From NCBI GenBank assembly GCA_965368975.1, contig CBDUPA010000002.1, forward strand, positions 352,001 through 416,000: 64,000 bases of DNA. Reading direction: 5' to 3'. Shown in pieces: positions 7,404 through 16,700 of the stretch; position 1 is the stretch's first letter; the number at the start of each line of letters is the position of its first letter. Position numbers and translations under genes: made by a program. The notes under the pieces were generated by a model, which did no database searches, was not told the DNA's origin, and was given only the letters and a program-made list of their open reading frames with translations. The DNA is from an uncultured bacterium. GTDB taxonomy: Bacteria > Acidobacteriota > Thermoanaerobaculia > Multivoradales > JAHZIX01.

Positions 7404-9959
7404 TCAGTACGCGGCCAACAGACGGGCCGCATCCTCGATCTGCGCCTCCTGCAGCAAGAAGGCGTCTTCGAGCGGTGGTGCATAGGGCACCGGCGTGTCG
7501 AGCGACCCCAGAACACGCACCGGTGCGTCCAGGAACTCGAACACCTCTTCCTGAATCTGCGCCGCCAGGCTCTCTCCGATACCGCCGGTACGCGTGTCCT
7601 CATGTGCGATCAAGACCTTGCCGGTATGGCCAGCAACGGCCAGAACGGCGTCGCGGTCCAGCGGCACCAGGCTGCGCAGGTCGAGCACGGCGGCTTCGAT
7701 GCCATCCGCGGCCAACCGATCCGCGACACGCAGGCAGTGGTGGACATAGGCACCGTACGAGATCAGTGCCAGGTCGCTGCCGGCACGGCGCAGCGCGGCC
7801 TTGCCGAGTGGTAGCGGCTCGGGTGCTCCCGGTTCCAGACGCTGCTTGATCCGCGGCTCGCGGTACAGCGCGATGTGTTCGTAGTAGAGCACCGGGTCCG
7901 GATCCGCAACGGCAGCAGCCAACAGCGCGCGCGCATCCTCGGGCGTCGACGGTGCGACGATTTTGAGCCCCGGCGTCCGGTAGAACCAGGCTTCGGTATT
8001 CTGGCTATGGTAGGGCCCGGCGCGGCGCAGACCACCCCAGGGCATGCGCACTACCATCGGCACCTCGCCACCCCAGCGGTAGCGAATTTTGGCCGCGTTG
8101 TTGACCAGCTGGTTGAAGCCGCTGGCGACGAAGTCGTTGAACTGGATCTCGCCAATCGGCCGCAGGCCGGCGAGGGCCGCGCCGATGCAGGCGCCCAAGA
8201 TGCCGCCCTCGGCTAGCGGTGCGTTGACGATGCGATCGCCGAACTCGTCGAGCAGCGGCCGCAGGAGCAGGAAGGCATTGCCGTAGGCACCACCGACGTC
8301 CTCGCCATAGACAAAGGTACGGGCGTCGCCACGCAGCGCATCGCCGACGCCGAGCATGACGGCCTCCAGCAGCGTGCTGCCTTTCGGATCGACCGGCAAA
8401 CCCGGCTCGAGCGGCGGCAACTCCGCGGCCGTGGGTGCTGCCGCTCGACGCTGCTCCAGGATCTCGACGTGCCGGCGGATGGGACCCTCCGCGTCGACGC
8501 CCTGCCCGGCCTCTTGCGCTGCCGGCCAGGGCGCCTCGATCACCGCGCGGGCCTCGCGCTCGACCAGCTCTTCGGCCTCGCGCCGGAGCTGCTCCAGTTC
8601 GCCATCGGCCAGCAACCCCTGTTCCCGCAGGCGCTCAGCGTACTGCGCAATCGGATCGCGCTGGCGCCAGTAGGCGTAGGCGTCCGGGTTGGCGTAGCCA
8701 CCGGGCTGCAGTGGCGGGTAGTCCCAGCCGGACTGCGCGCTCGACTGTGAACTCGATTGCCAGCTCGACGGGGGCTCCTTGCCCAGATAGAGCATGTCGT
8801 CGTGGTGAGCGTGGCCGCACATGCGCATGGCGACCAGTTCCAGGAGCGCCGGCCCTGCTCCCTGACGCGCTCGCTCGGCGGCCCAGGTGAAGGCCGCGAC
8901 GATCGCCTCGGGATCAGTGCCGTCGAGCGTGATGCCGGGAATGCCGTAGCCCGAGGCCTTGTCGGCAAAGACTCGCACCTGGCTCTGCTCGGCCACCGGA
9001 GTCGACAGCGCCGTCTGGTTGTTCTGCACGCAGAAGAGCACGGGCAGGCGGTGAACGGCGCACAGGTTGATCGCCTCGTGCCACTCACCGAGCGAGGTGC
9101 CGCCTTCGCCGATGAACGACACCGCCACCCGACCGTCGCCCTGGCGCGCCATGGCCATGCCGATGCCGGCGATGGTGGTCGTCGAGATGGACAGCGGCGC
9201 GGTGGCCGGCAGGATGCCCCAGCCGAAATCGCCGATGTGCAGATCCTTGCCCGACATGGCGCCGCCAGCCTTTCCCATCTGCGCCTTCAGCACCATGCGC
9301 ACGGTCAACGGCTCGGGGCGCATGCACAAGGCGGCGCCGAGGTCGCGGATCAGCGGTCCGACGACGTCGCCGCGCCAGCTCGCGGCGCCGCTCTCATCTT
9401 CAGAGCGCCCGTCTTCAGAACGCCCGTCTTCAGAACGCCACGCCGCACCTCGACGCAGACGCAGCGCCGCGGCATAGATCGCTTCCTGGCCCAAGGAGCG
9501 AAAGCCCTTGCCCTGGAACGCCGCCTGGCCGTAGCGGACCTCGCCGCCGCTGAAGAAAGCCTTCAGCCGCAGATCGACGGCACGCGTCAGAATCATGCCC
9601 CGGAGCATCTCGCGCTTCTCTTCGAGTGTCAGCGACGCGGTGATCGCCTCGCGGTGCAAGAAGCCATCGACCGCGTCGAGTAGTTCGTCGATCGCCTGGC
9701 GCTGCCGCTGGAGCACCGAAACGCGTGGCGTCGGCTCGGGCAAGTCACGGAAAGACGTGCTCAACGCCTGGCGTAGGGGTTCTTTGAGCCGCGCACGCAG
9801 AGCTTCCGGATCGCCAGCGTCCGTGCTGGCTGCGGCCTGCTGCAGCACGGGCTCGACAGCCCCGAAGGCGAAGGGATGACGCTCGACCACGAAGGAACTC
9901 AGACGCGCGAGAAGATCGGCTTTCATGACGCCGCCAAGCTTAGCGTACGCTCGGGTCAT
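7404..9959 (-). CDS. Fused 2-oxoacid dehydrogenase E1 alpha/beta with N-terminal extension
   Basis: GQEA, FIGEGG..QNN TPP motif, GHAHHD, YGEDVG, EIQFNDF, GPYHSQ, transketolase C-terminal domain; ATG 9959 overlaps xth stop (ATGA). Confidence 0.88.
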   Translation of the reverse strand: MTRAYAKLGGVMKADLLARLSSFVVERHPFAFGAVEPVLQQAAASTDAGDPEALRARLKEPLRQALSTSFRDLPEPTPRVSVLQRQRQAIDELLDAVDGFLHREAITASLTLEEKREMLRGMILTRAVDLRLKAFFSGGEVRYGQAAFQGKGFRSLGQEAIYAAALRLRRGAAWRSEDGRSEDGRSEDESGAASWRGDVVGPLIRDLGAALCMRPEPLTVRMVLKAQMGKAGGAMSGKDLHIGDFGWGILPATAPLSISTTTIAGIGMAMARQGDGRVAVSFIGEGGTSLGEWHEAINLCAVHRLPVLFCVQNNQTALSTPVAEQSQVRVFADKASGYGIPGITLDGTDPEAIVAAFTWAAERARQGAGPALLELVAMRMCGHAHHDDMLYLGKEPPSSWQSSSQSSAQSGWDYPPLQPGGYANPDAYAYWRQRDPIAQYAERLREQGLLADGELEQLRREAEELVEREARAVIEAPWPAAQEAGQGVDAEGPIRRHVEILEQRRAAAPTAAELPPLEPGLPVDPKGSTLLEAVMLGVGDALRGDARTFVYGEDVGGAYGNAFLLLRPLLDEFGDRIVNAPLAEGGILGACIGAALAGLRPIGEIQFNDFVASGFNQLVNNAAKIRYRWGGEVPMVVRMPWGGLRRAGPYHSQNTEAWFYRTPGLKIVAPSTPEDARALLAAAVADPDPVLYYEHIALYREPRIKQRLEPGAPEPLPLGKAALRRAGSDLALISYGAYVHHCLRVADRLAADGIEAAVLDLRSLVPLDRDAVLAVAGHTGKVLIAHEDTRTGGIGESLAAQIQEEVFEFLDAPVRVLGSLDTPVPYAPPLEDAFLLQEAQIEDAARLLAAY
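9396..9440. repeat. 15-bp in-frame tandem repeat x3 (RSEDG units)
   Basis: ATCTTCAGAGCGCCC GTCTTCAGAACGCCC GTCTTCAGAACGCCA. Confidence 0.85.
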
Positions 9960-10762
9960 TGGCCCACGCTCGGGGTGGCAGAGAGCACGGATTCGTCGAG
10001 ATCGACGCTGATCGGACAGTGGTCCGAGCCAAGGACCTCCGGATGAATCCGCGCCTGCCGCAGGTAGGGAAGAGCCCCCGCCGACGCCAGTACGTAGTCG
10101 ATCCGCCAGCCGATGTTGCGCTTGCGCACGCCCTGCCGCTGGCTCCACCAGGTGTAATGCCCCTCGCCAGCTTCGTACTCTCGGAAGGTATCGACCCAAC
10201 CCCGGCGCAGCCAGCGGTCCAGCTCCTCGCGCTCCTCCGGCCGGAAACCGCTGGTCTCGACGTTTTGCTTTGGCCGCGCCAGGTCGATCTCCCGATGCGC
10301 GGTGTTGAAGTCGCCCATCACCAGGATCGGCTCGCCCCGCTGCCGTGCCGGCTCGAGCTGGTCGAACAGCCTGCGGTAGAAGTCCAACTTGTAGGGGACA
10401 CGGCTGTTGTCGCGATTGACGCCGTTACCATTCGGGAAATAGCCGTTGACCAATCGCAGGGCACCGAAGCGCGCCAGCTGCAATCGTCCCTCGACGTCGA
10501 AGCGCTCTTCGCCCAGACGCGTCTCCATCTCGTCGGCTTGGCGGCGAGCCAACAACCCGACGCCACTGTAGCCCTTGCGCTCGGCCGGCGCCCAGTGCGT
10601 CCACCAGTCTTCAGGGGCGCGCACGCTGGCCGGTAGCTGATCGGGCAGCGCACGGATCTCCTGCACCGCGACGATGTCCCCCCCACAGGCCGCTAGCCAG
10701 TCTAAGAATCCCTTGCGCGCGCAGGCGCGCAGTCCATTGACATTCCACGAGTAGATGCGCAT
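9956..10762 (-). CDS. xth: Exodeoxyribonuclease III
   Basis: SWNVNGLRA, QEI, GYSGV, YFPNG, GDFNTAH, GWRIDY, GSDHCP. Confidence 0.95.
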   Translation of the reverse strand: MRIYSWNVNGLRACARKGFLDWLAACGGDIVAVQEIRALPDQLPASVRAPEDWWTHWAPAERKGYSGVGLLARRQADEMETRLGEERFDVEGRLQLARFGALRLVNGYFPNGNGVNRDNSRVPYKLDFYRRLFDQLEPARQRGEPILVMGDFNTAHREIDLARPKQNVETSGFRPEEREELDRWLRRGWVDTFREYEAGEGHYTWWSQRQGVRKRNIGWRIDYVLASAGALPYLRQARIHPEVLGSDHCPISVDLDESVLSATPSVGQ

Positions 10763-10830
10763 GCGCGGAGCATACCGTGAGTTTCGGCGAACACCCGCCG
10801 TGGCGGCAGTATCGACGGTCCCAGAGTCAG

Positions 10831-10860
10831 TTGACAGTCTACTGAGAGCGCAAGTAGCCT
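10831..10860 (+). promoter_or_regulatory. Candidate sigma-70 promoter of the arsA-like operon
   Basis: TTGACA-N18-TAGCCT in an AT-richer divergent intergenic region. Confidence 0.4.
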
Positions 10861-10980
10861 TGTGATACTGTCCGTATTTCCGATGCTTACGTAAAACCAT
10901 AGTTCCATCTGGCAATCTCGGTTTCCTATTGTCATAAGGCTCGGGGCTAATGATCCCCGACTCAGGAGTGAAAGACCCCC

Positions 10981-12210
10981 ATGGCGCGCATTCTGCTGAT
11001 TTCAGGCAAGGGCGGTGTCGGCAAGACGACCGTCGCTGCCGCCACCGCGATGACCGCCGCCAAGCGTGGTCACCGTACGATCGTGATGTCCTTCGACCTG
11101 GCGCACAGCCTGTCGGACTCCTTCGACGTCGATCACGGCCTGTTCAACCAGAACAAGGGGCTGCCGTTCCAGGTGATGGACAACCTGGACATCCAGGAGA
11201 TCGATGTCCAGGGCGAGATCGAACGCCACTGGGGCGACGTCTACCGTTACATCGGCATGCTGCTCACCAGCACCGGTCTCTCCGACATGGTGGCCGAAGA
11301 AGTCGCCATCATCCCAGGCATGGAAGACGTCATTTCGCTGATGTACATCAATGACTACCTGACTCAGGAAAAGTACGACGTCATCGTGGTCGACTGTCCG
11401 CCGACCAGCGATTCGCTGCGCTTCGTCAACATCACGTCGACGCTCGACTGGTACATGCGCAAGCGTTTCAACATCGACCGCAAACTGGTCAAACTGGCAC
11501 GCCCCTTCGCCAACAAGGTGATGGACTACCAGTTGCCCGACGACAGCTACTTCACCGCGATGCAGAAGATCTTCTCCCGCCTCGACGGAGTCGATACCCT
11601 GCTCACCGACCCGCAGGTCACCACGGTGCGCTTGGTCACCAACGCTGAGAAGATGGTGGTGCGCGAGACCCAGCGTGCCTACATGTACTTCTGCATGTAC
11701 GGAGTGATCGCCGACGCGGTGGTGATCAACAAGCTGATCCCCGAGGGCCAGGCCGAGACCGGCTACTTCGCCGACTGGGCGCGCGCGCACGCCGGCTACT
11801 CGGCGGAGATCGAGGAGTACTTCAAGCCGCTGCCGACCTTCAAGGTACCTCTGCAATCCAGCGAGGTGGTGGGCACGAAGCAACTGCAGGAAGTCGCGAC
11901 CGCTCTTTATGGCGACGACGATCCGGCGCAGTTCTACAACCAGGAACCGCCGTACGAGTACGTCAAGGCCGACGACACCTACCAGCTCAGGATCAAGCTG
12001 CCGTTCGTCGACAAACAGGAAGTCGACTTGAGCCGTCACGACCAGGATCTGATCATTCGCATCGGCAGCTTCAAGCGCCACGTCCCGATGCCGCGGTCCG
12101 TACAGAATTTCAAGACCGCCGGTGCAGAGATGAAGGACAATCAACTCACCGTGACCTTCGTCAAGCCCGAACCGGTCCAACCACAACCCAGTCAAGGAGA
12201 AGACTCATGA
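10981..12210 (+). CDS. ArsA/Get3 (TRC40) family ATPase, single ATPase domain plus C-terminal HSP20-like domain
   Basis: GKGGVGKTT P-loop, FDLAHSL switch I, DCPPT switch II, EKMVVRETQR, C-terminal LPFVDK..LIIRIGSFKR beta-sandwich; no ars operon nearby. Confidence 0.92.
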   Translation: MARILLISGKGGVGKTTVAAATAMTAAKRGHRTIVMSFDLAHSLSDSFDVDHGLFNQNKGLPFQVMDNLDIQEIDVQGEIERHWGDVYRYIGMLLTSTGLSDMVAEEVAIIPGMEDVISLMYINDYLTQEKYDVIVVDCPPTSDSLRFVNITSTLDWYMRKRFNIDRKLVKLARPFANKVMDYQLPDDSYFTAMQKIFSRLDGVDTLLTDPQVTTVRLVTNAEKMVVRETQRAYMYFCMYGVIADAVVINKLIPEGQAETGYFADWARAHAGYSAEIEEYFKPLPTFKVPLQSSEVVGTKQLQEVATALYGDDDPAQFYNQEPPYEYVKADDTYQLRIKLPFVDKQEVDLSRHDQDLIIRIGSFKRHVPMPRSVQNFKTAGAEMKDNQLTVTFVKPEPVQPQPSQGEDS

Positions 12211-12437
12211 ATGACATCGTCAATCAGCTAGCGCAACTGCAACAGACCATCAAGGACACCGCCATTCGGTTCTCCGGAGGCGCGATCGTCGACAGTGACG
12301 CCTGTCAGAAGTTGTCCAAGGGCTTCCTGCGCGCGCAGGCCGAAATCCTGAAGGCGGCGCTGGAAGTCACTGAGGACGAACTCAACCGCGAGCCGGCCAG
12401 CACGGACGAGAACAACGGCAAGATTAACGTCAGCTGA
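12207..12437 (+). CDS. Small helical hypothetical protein coupled to the ArsA/Get3 ATPase
   Basis: ATGA overlap with ATPase stop, SD AGGAG, gene-like codons, amphipathic helix FLRAQAEILKAALE. Confidence 0.75.
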   Translation: MNDIVNQLAQLQQTIKDTAIRFSGGAIVDSDACQKLSKGFLRAQAEILKAALEVTEDELNREPASTDENNGKINVS

Positions 12438-12574
12438 ACCGACGTCCTCGGTAGCTCAGCGTCGAGCCAGGTCAGAGGACTGACACCTCAAGCTGGCTCT
12501 TCAAGTTTGGTGTGCACGCCAGACAGAGCGTGATCACAGTTTCATTTCTCCAGCTTCAGGAGCAGGGAGTCGAC

Positions 12575-13711
12575 ATGCGCATTCTGACCATGGATGGAGG
12601 AGGCAATCAGAGCCTCTTCACCCTCGCACTGCTGCGCCGCATCGAAGCGGCCAGACCCGGCTTCCTGGCCAGCATCGACATGTTTGCGGGCACCTCCTCG
12701 GGCGGCATCAACGCCATCCTGATGGCCGCGACGGAACCGAAGGAAGTGCCACGGCGAGAAGCCTTGGCGGATGCCAGGTACTTGTGGGAGAGCGGAAACG
12801 TCTTCGAGACCACCTATGTCAAGATGCTGCAAGGACTCGGTGGCTGCAGGGCCATGATCAGCAACGACAATCTGAAGCAGTTCTTGACCCAGAAACTCGG
12901 CGAACGAACGCTAGGCGATTTGAACGCGAAGATCGCTATCACCGCCTTCGACAACACGGATCGAATCAACAAGAGAAGCTGGTCTCCGAAGGTCTTCCAC
13001 AACTTCCCGAGGAACCACGAAACGGAGCCCGATCTAGCGCTCCAAGCGGTCGAAGTGGCACTCTCCACGAGCGCGGCGCCCGTGTTCTTCCCCATTCACA
13101 ACGGCTATTCCGACGGTGGACTGTTCGCCAATAATCCCGCGGCTTGTGCCCTGGCGCAAGCACACTCGACCAAGGGCGGCCAGGTACCTCTCGAAGACAT
13201 CAAGCTCCTGTCCGTCGGAACCGGCGGCAGTGAGCGGCATCTGGATGTCACCAACGACAGTTGGGGATACTCACAGTGGCTGCTCAATCCTTGCGACCCA
13301 CTGACCCTGATCGAAGCCGTCTTCCGAGGCACCACGATGGCGGCGGATTACCAGTGCCGGGCAATGCTGGAAGATCGCTTCTTCCGACTCAACCCTCTGG
13401 TTCCCAAGAACCTGGACCTGGACTTCGAAGACGAGTTCAAAGACGCTTCGACTCCCGGCGTCAAGCAGCAGCTTCAGGTCCTCATGGAAAAGGTCGACAA
13501 CACTCCGGTCGAGGGACCGGGAGATCCCGTCGACCTGAATGATGCTCTCGGAACGAACAACATCGAACGCAAGGACTGGCTGGCCGCCGTCCTCGCTTGG
13601 CTCGACCGGAACGAGTGGCATACACCAGCCGAAACCGAATCTACATCCGGCCAGACTCCCAAGAAGACCACCAAGCGTCGAACCACGAGAACCAAGAAGC
13701 CACGTGAGTGA
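12575..13711 (+). CDS. Patatin-like phospholipase/acyl hydrolase
   Basis: ILTMDGGG, GTSSG nucleophile elbow, SAAPVFF, DGGLFANNP, LLSVGTG; basic C-terminal tail. Confidence 0.9.
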   Translation: MRILTMDGGGNQSLFTLALLRRIEAARPGFLASIDMFAGTSSGGINAILMAATEPKEVPRREALADARYLWESGNVFETTYVKMLQGLGGCRAMISNDNLKQFLTQKLGERTLGDLNAKIAITAFDNTDRINKRSWSPKVFHNFPRNHETEPDLALQAVEVALSTSAAPVFFPIHNGYSDGGLFANNPAACALAQAHSTKGGQVPLEDIKLLSVGTGGSERHLDVTNDSWGYSQWLLNPCDPLTLIEAVFRGTTMAADYQCRAMLEDRFFRLNPLVPKNLDLDFEDEFKDASTPGVKQQLQVLMEKVDNTPVEGPGDPVDLNDALGTNNIERKDWLAAVLAWLDRNEWHTPAETESTSGQTPKKTTKRRTTRTKKPRE

Positions 13712-16700
13712 AGAATCCCTTCTCGACATCGCCGTCCTGGCCGCCGCGGGACGCTTTCCGGGAGCGGCCGACCTAGACCAGTTCTGGACCAACCTGAAGC
13801 AAGGGGTGGAAAGCGTTCGGAGCTTCTCGCACCAGGAAATGCTGGACGCCGGTGTCGATCCCGAACAGCTGGCAGATCCGAACTTCGTCGCCGCCCATGG
13901 CGTGCTCGACGATGTCGACCGCTTCGACGCCGAGTTTTTCGGCTTCACCCCGCGGGAAGCTGCTCTGCTCGACCCTCAGCAACGCATCCTGCTCGAGCTT
14001 GGCTGGAATGCCCTCGAACAAGCCGGCTACGGTGACGCGGGGGATCGTGGCCGGGTCGGCGTCTTCGCTGGCGCCGGCCGCAGCGGCTACGAGGCCCGGG
14101 CGCGTGCGGCCAGCCATAGCGGCGAGGACGAGGGCGACACCGGCGACGAGCTGAGCGTCTCGCTGGGCAACGCCAGCGACTTTCTGCCACTGTGGCTGAG
14201 CTACAAGCTCGACCTGCGCGGCCCCAGCGTCAACGTCCAGACCTCGTGCTCGACCGGCCTGGCCGCGATCCACCTAGCGTGCCAGAGCCTGCTGCAGCGC
14301 GAGTGTGACCTGGCCCTGGCCGGGGGCATCTCGGTGGCGGTACCGCAGCAGGCGGGCTACCGCTACCAGGAAGGTAGCATCTTGTCGCCCGACGGGCATT
14401 GCCGTCCGTTCGATCAGGACGCGCGCGGTACCGTCGGCGGTTCGGGAGCTGGACTCGTGGTGCTCAAGCGCCTGGGCGAAGCCCTCGAGGACGGCGACCC
14501 GATTCTTGCTCTGATCAAGGGTTCGGCGATGAACAATGACGGCGCCGGCAAGATCGGCTTCACCGCACCCAGCATCGAAGGACAAGCGGAGGTCATCGCG
14601 GAAGCTCTGGCGGTGGCGGGCGTCGACGCGTCGACCATAGACTACATCGAGGCGCATGGAACCGGAACGCCTCTGGGCGACCCGATCGAGATCGCCGCCC
14701 TGCGCCAAGCCTTCGAACAGCAGAGCTCGGAGGGTACAACGCTGCCGTTGGGCTCTTGCGCCCTCGGTTCGGTCAAGTCCAATGTCGGGCATCTCGACCG
14801 AGCTGCTGGTATCGCCGGTTTCCTCAAGGCTTTGCTGGCCCTGCACCACGGCGAACTGCCACCGACCTTGCACTTCACCGAGCCCAACCCACAGCTACGC
14901 CTCGCCGAGACCCCCTTCCACGTGCAGGCGGAAATCACCCCCTGGAACAGTTGCAACGGCACTGCCGATCCAAGGGTGCGACGCGCTGGCATCAGCTCTT
15001 TCGGTATGGGTGGCACCAACGTCCACGTCATCGTCGAAGAAGCCCCGCGCGCCGAGCCAGCGTCGGTCCCCACGCCGGCGGAAAGTCCACAGCTCCTCGT
15101 GCTCTCCGCACGTACAGCCGCGGCGCTCGAGCGTCGCTGCCAGGATCTCGACGCCCACCTGCAGCGGCACCCGGATCTGGCGCTGGCGGACGTCGCACGA
15201 ACGCTGCAGCGTGGACGGCGGCGCTTTGAGCATCGAGCGGTACTCGTGGCGTGCGACGTCGAGCAAGCCCGCCAGGCTCTGACCTCCGAGGCCTCGGAAA
15301 GCTGGATGCTGCACGGTCCCTCGGGCAGCCACCTCCTGCACACTCGCCGCGACGAGCAGCAGCACCGCGAGGTTGCCTTCCTCTTCCCCGGTCAAGGTGC
15401 GCAGCACCCGGGCTTGGGCAAAGACTTGCTCGGCCATTCCGAGTACAAAGAGCAGCTCCGTGTCTGCGCCGAGCACCTGCGCGAGGACCTGCGCCCCCTC
15501 TTGCCTGCCTACGACGGTGATCTGCTGCGCTTGCTCGAAGACGGTGAGACCGACTCTGACCTGCTGGCCCGCACCGAGATCACCCAGCCGCTGCTGTTCA
15601 GCGTCGAGTACGCGCTGGCCAGGCAGTGGATGGCCTGGGGCGTCCAGCCGGTCGCGATGCTCGGACACAGCGTCGGCGAGTATGTCGCGGCCTGCCTGGC
15701 CGGCGTTTTTAGCCTCGAGACGGCACTACACCTTGTCACCCTGCGCGGACGGTTGATGGCAGCACTGCCGACCGGCGCGATGCTGACGGTACCCCTGCCG
15801 GAGGAAGAGCTGGCGCCGTATCTGGCACAGACGGAGGGCCGGGTGGAGCTAGCCGCGGTCAACAGTCCCGGAGCCTGCGTCGCCAGCGGTACCTCCGAGG
15901 GTGTCGACGCACTGCAGCGGCAGCTCGAAGCCGATGGCCTCGAATGCCGCCGCCTGCAGACCTCGCACGCCTTCCACAGCGCCATGATGGAACCGATCCT
16001 CGACAGCTTCCGTGACACCGTTGCCCAGGTCGAGCTGCAGGCTCCCCAGAAGCGTTTCCTGTCCAACCTCAGTGGCACCTGGATCCGTGACGAGGAAGCC
16101 GTCGATCCCGATTACTGGACCCGTCACCTGCGGTCGACGGTGCGCTTCGCGGATGGCCTGAGTGAGCTACTCCGGGACCCCGAGTTGCTACTGCTGGAAG
16201 TCGGCCCCGGGCGCACGCTGGCTACCCTGGCACGGCAGGTTCCCCTCGGTGCCGAGGCTCCCGAGCGGCTGCTGGTGACGTCCATGCCGACGCCCAAGGA
16301 GGCACCCGAGCGCGACGGCCGCGATGTCCTGCTCCATGCGCTTGGCGAGCTCTGGCTAGCAGGGGTCGACGTCAACTGGCGGGCCTTCCGCCAGAACGAC
16401 TCCGGAGGCCAAGGAAGCCATCGTCGAGTGACCCTGCCCGGCTATCCCTTCGCCGATCAACGTCACTGGATCGACATTCAGCCCACCGACGGCAAGCTGC
16501 AGGTCACGTCCACCGCCAGCGCGCAGGTGGTACCCGAGAAGCAAGCGGACCCGGCCCATTGGTTCTATCTGCCCGTGCTGCAGGAGACGCCACCACGCAT
16601 CCCCGGCACCGTGGATACAAGTGAGGTGGACAGCTGGTTGCTACTCGCCGACCCGGCACGGGCCCAGGAGGTAGCTCAGCTACGCACAACCTTGCAGGAA

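Noticed and set aside
10909-10927. Sigma-54 site before the ArsA-like gene (CTGGCAATCTCGGTTTCC)
   Set aside because: -12 GC absent at the required GG-N10-GC spacing
11002-12195. Long antisense ORFs (also 2200-3489, 27285-28424, 48111-49214, 18681-19547)
   Set aside because: Mirror-frame shadows of well-supported genes caused by high-GC codon bias; no recognisable motifs
10981-12210. Arsenic resistance ArsA
   Set aside because: Single ATPase domain with HSP20-like tail, and no arsR/B/C/D neighbours
12575-13711. CBASS CapV-type effector
   Set aside because: No CD-NTase or Cap2/Cap3 adjacent; the NTase at 19864-20331 is a short unrelated type, 6 kb away on the other strand
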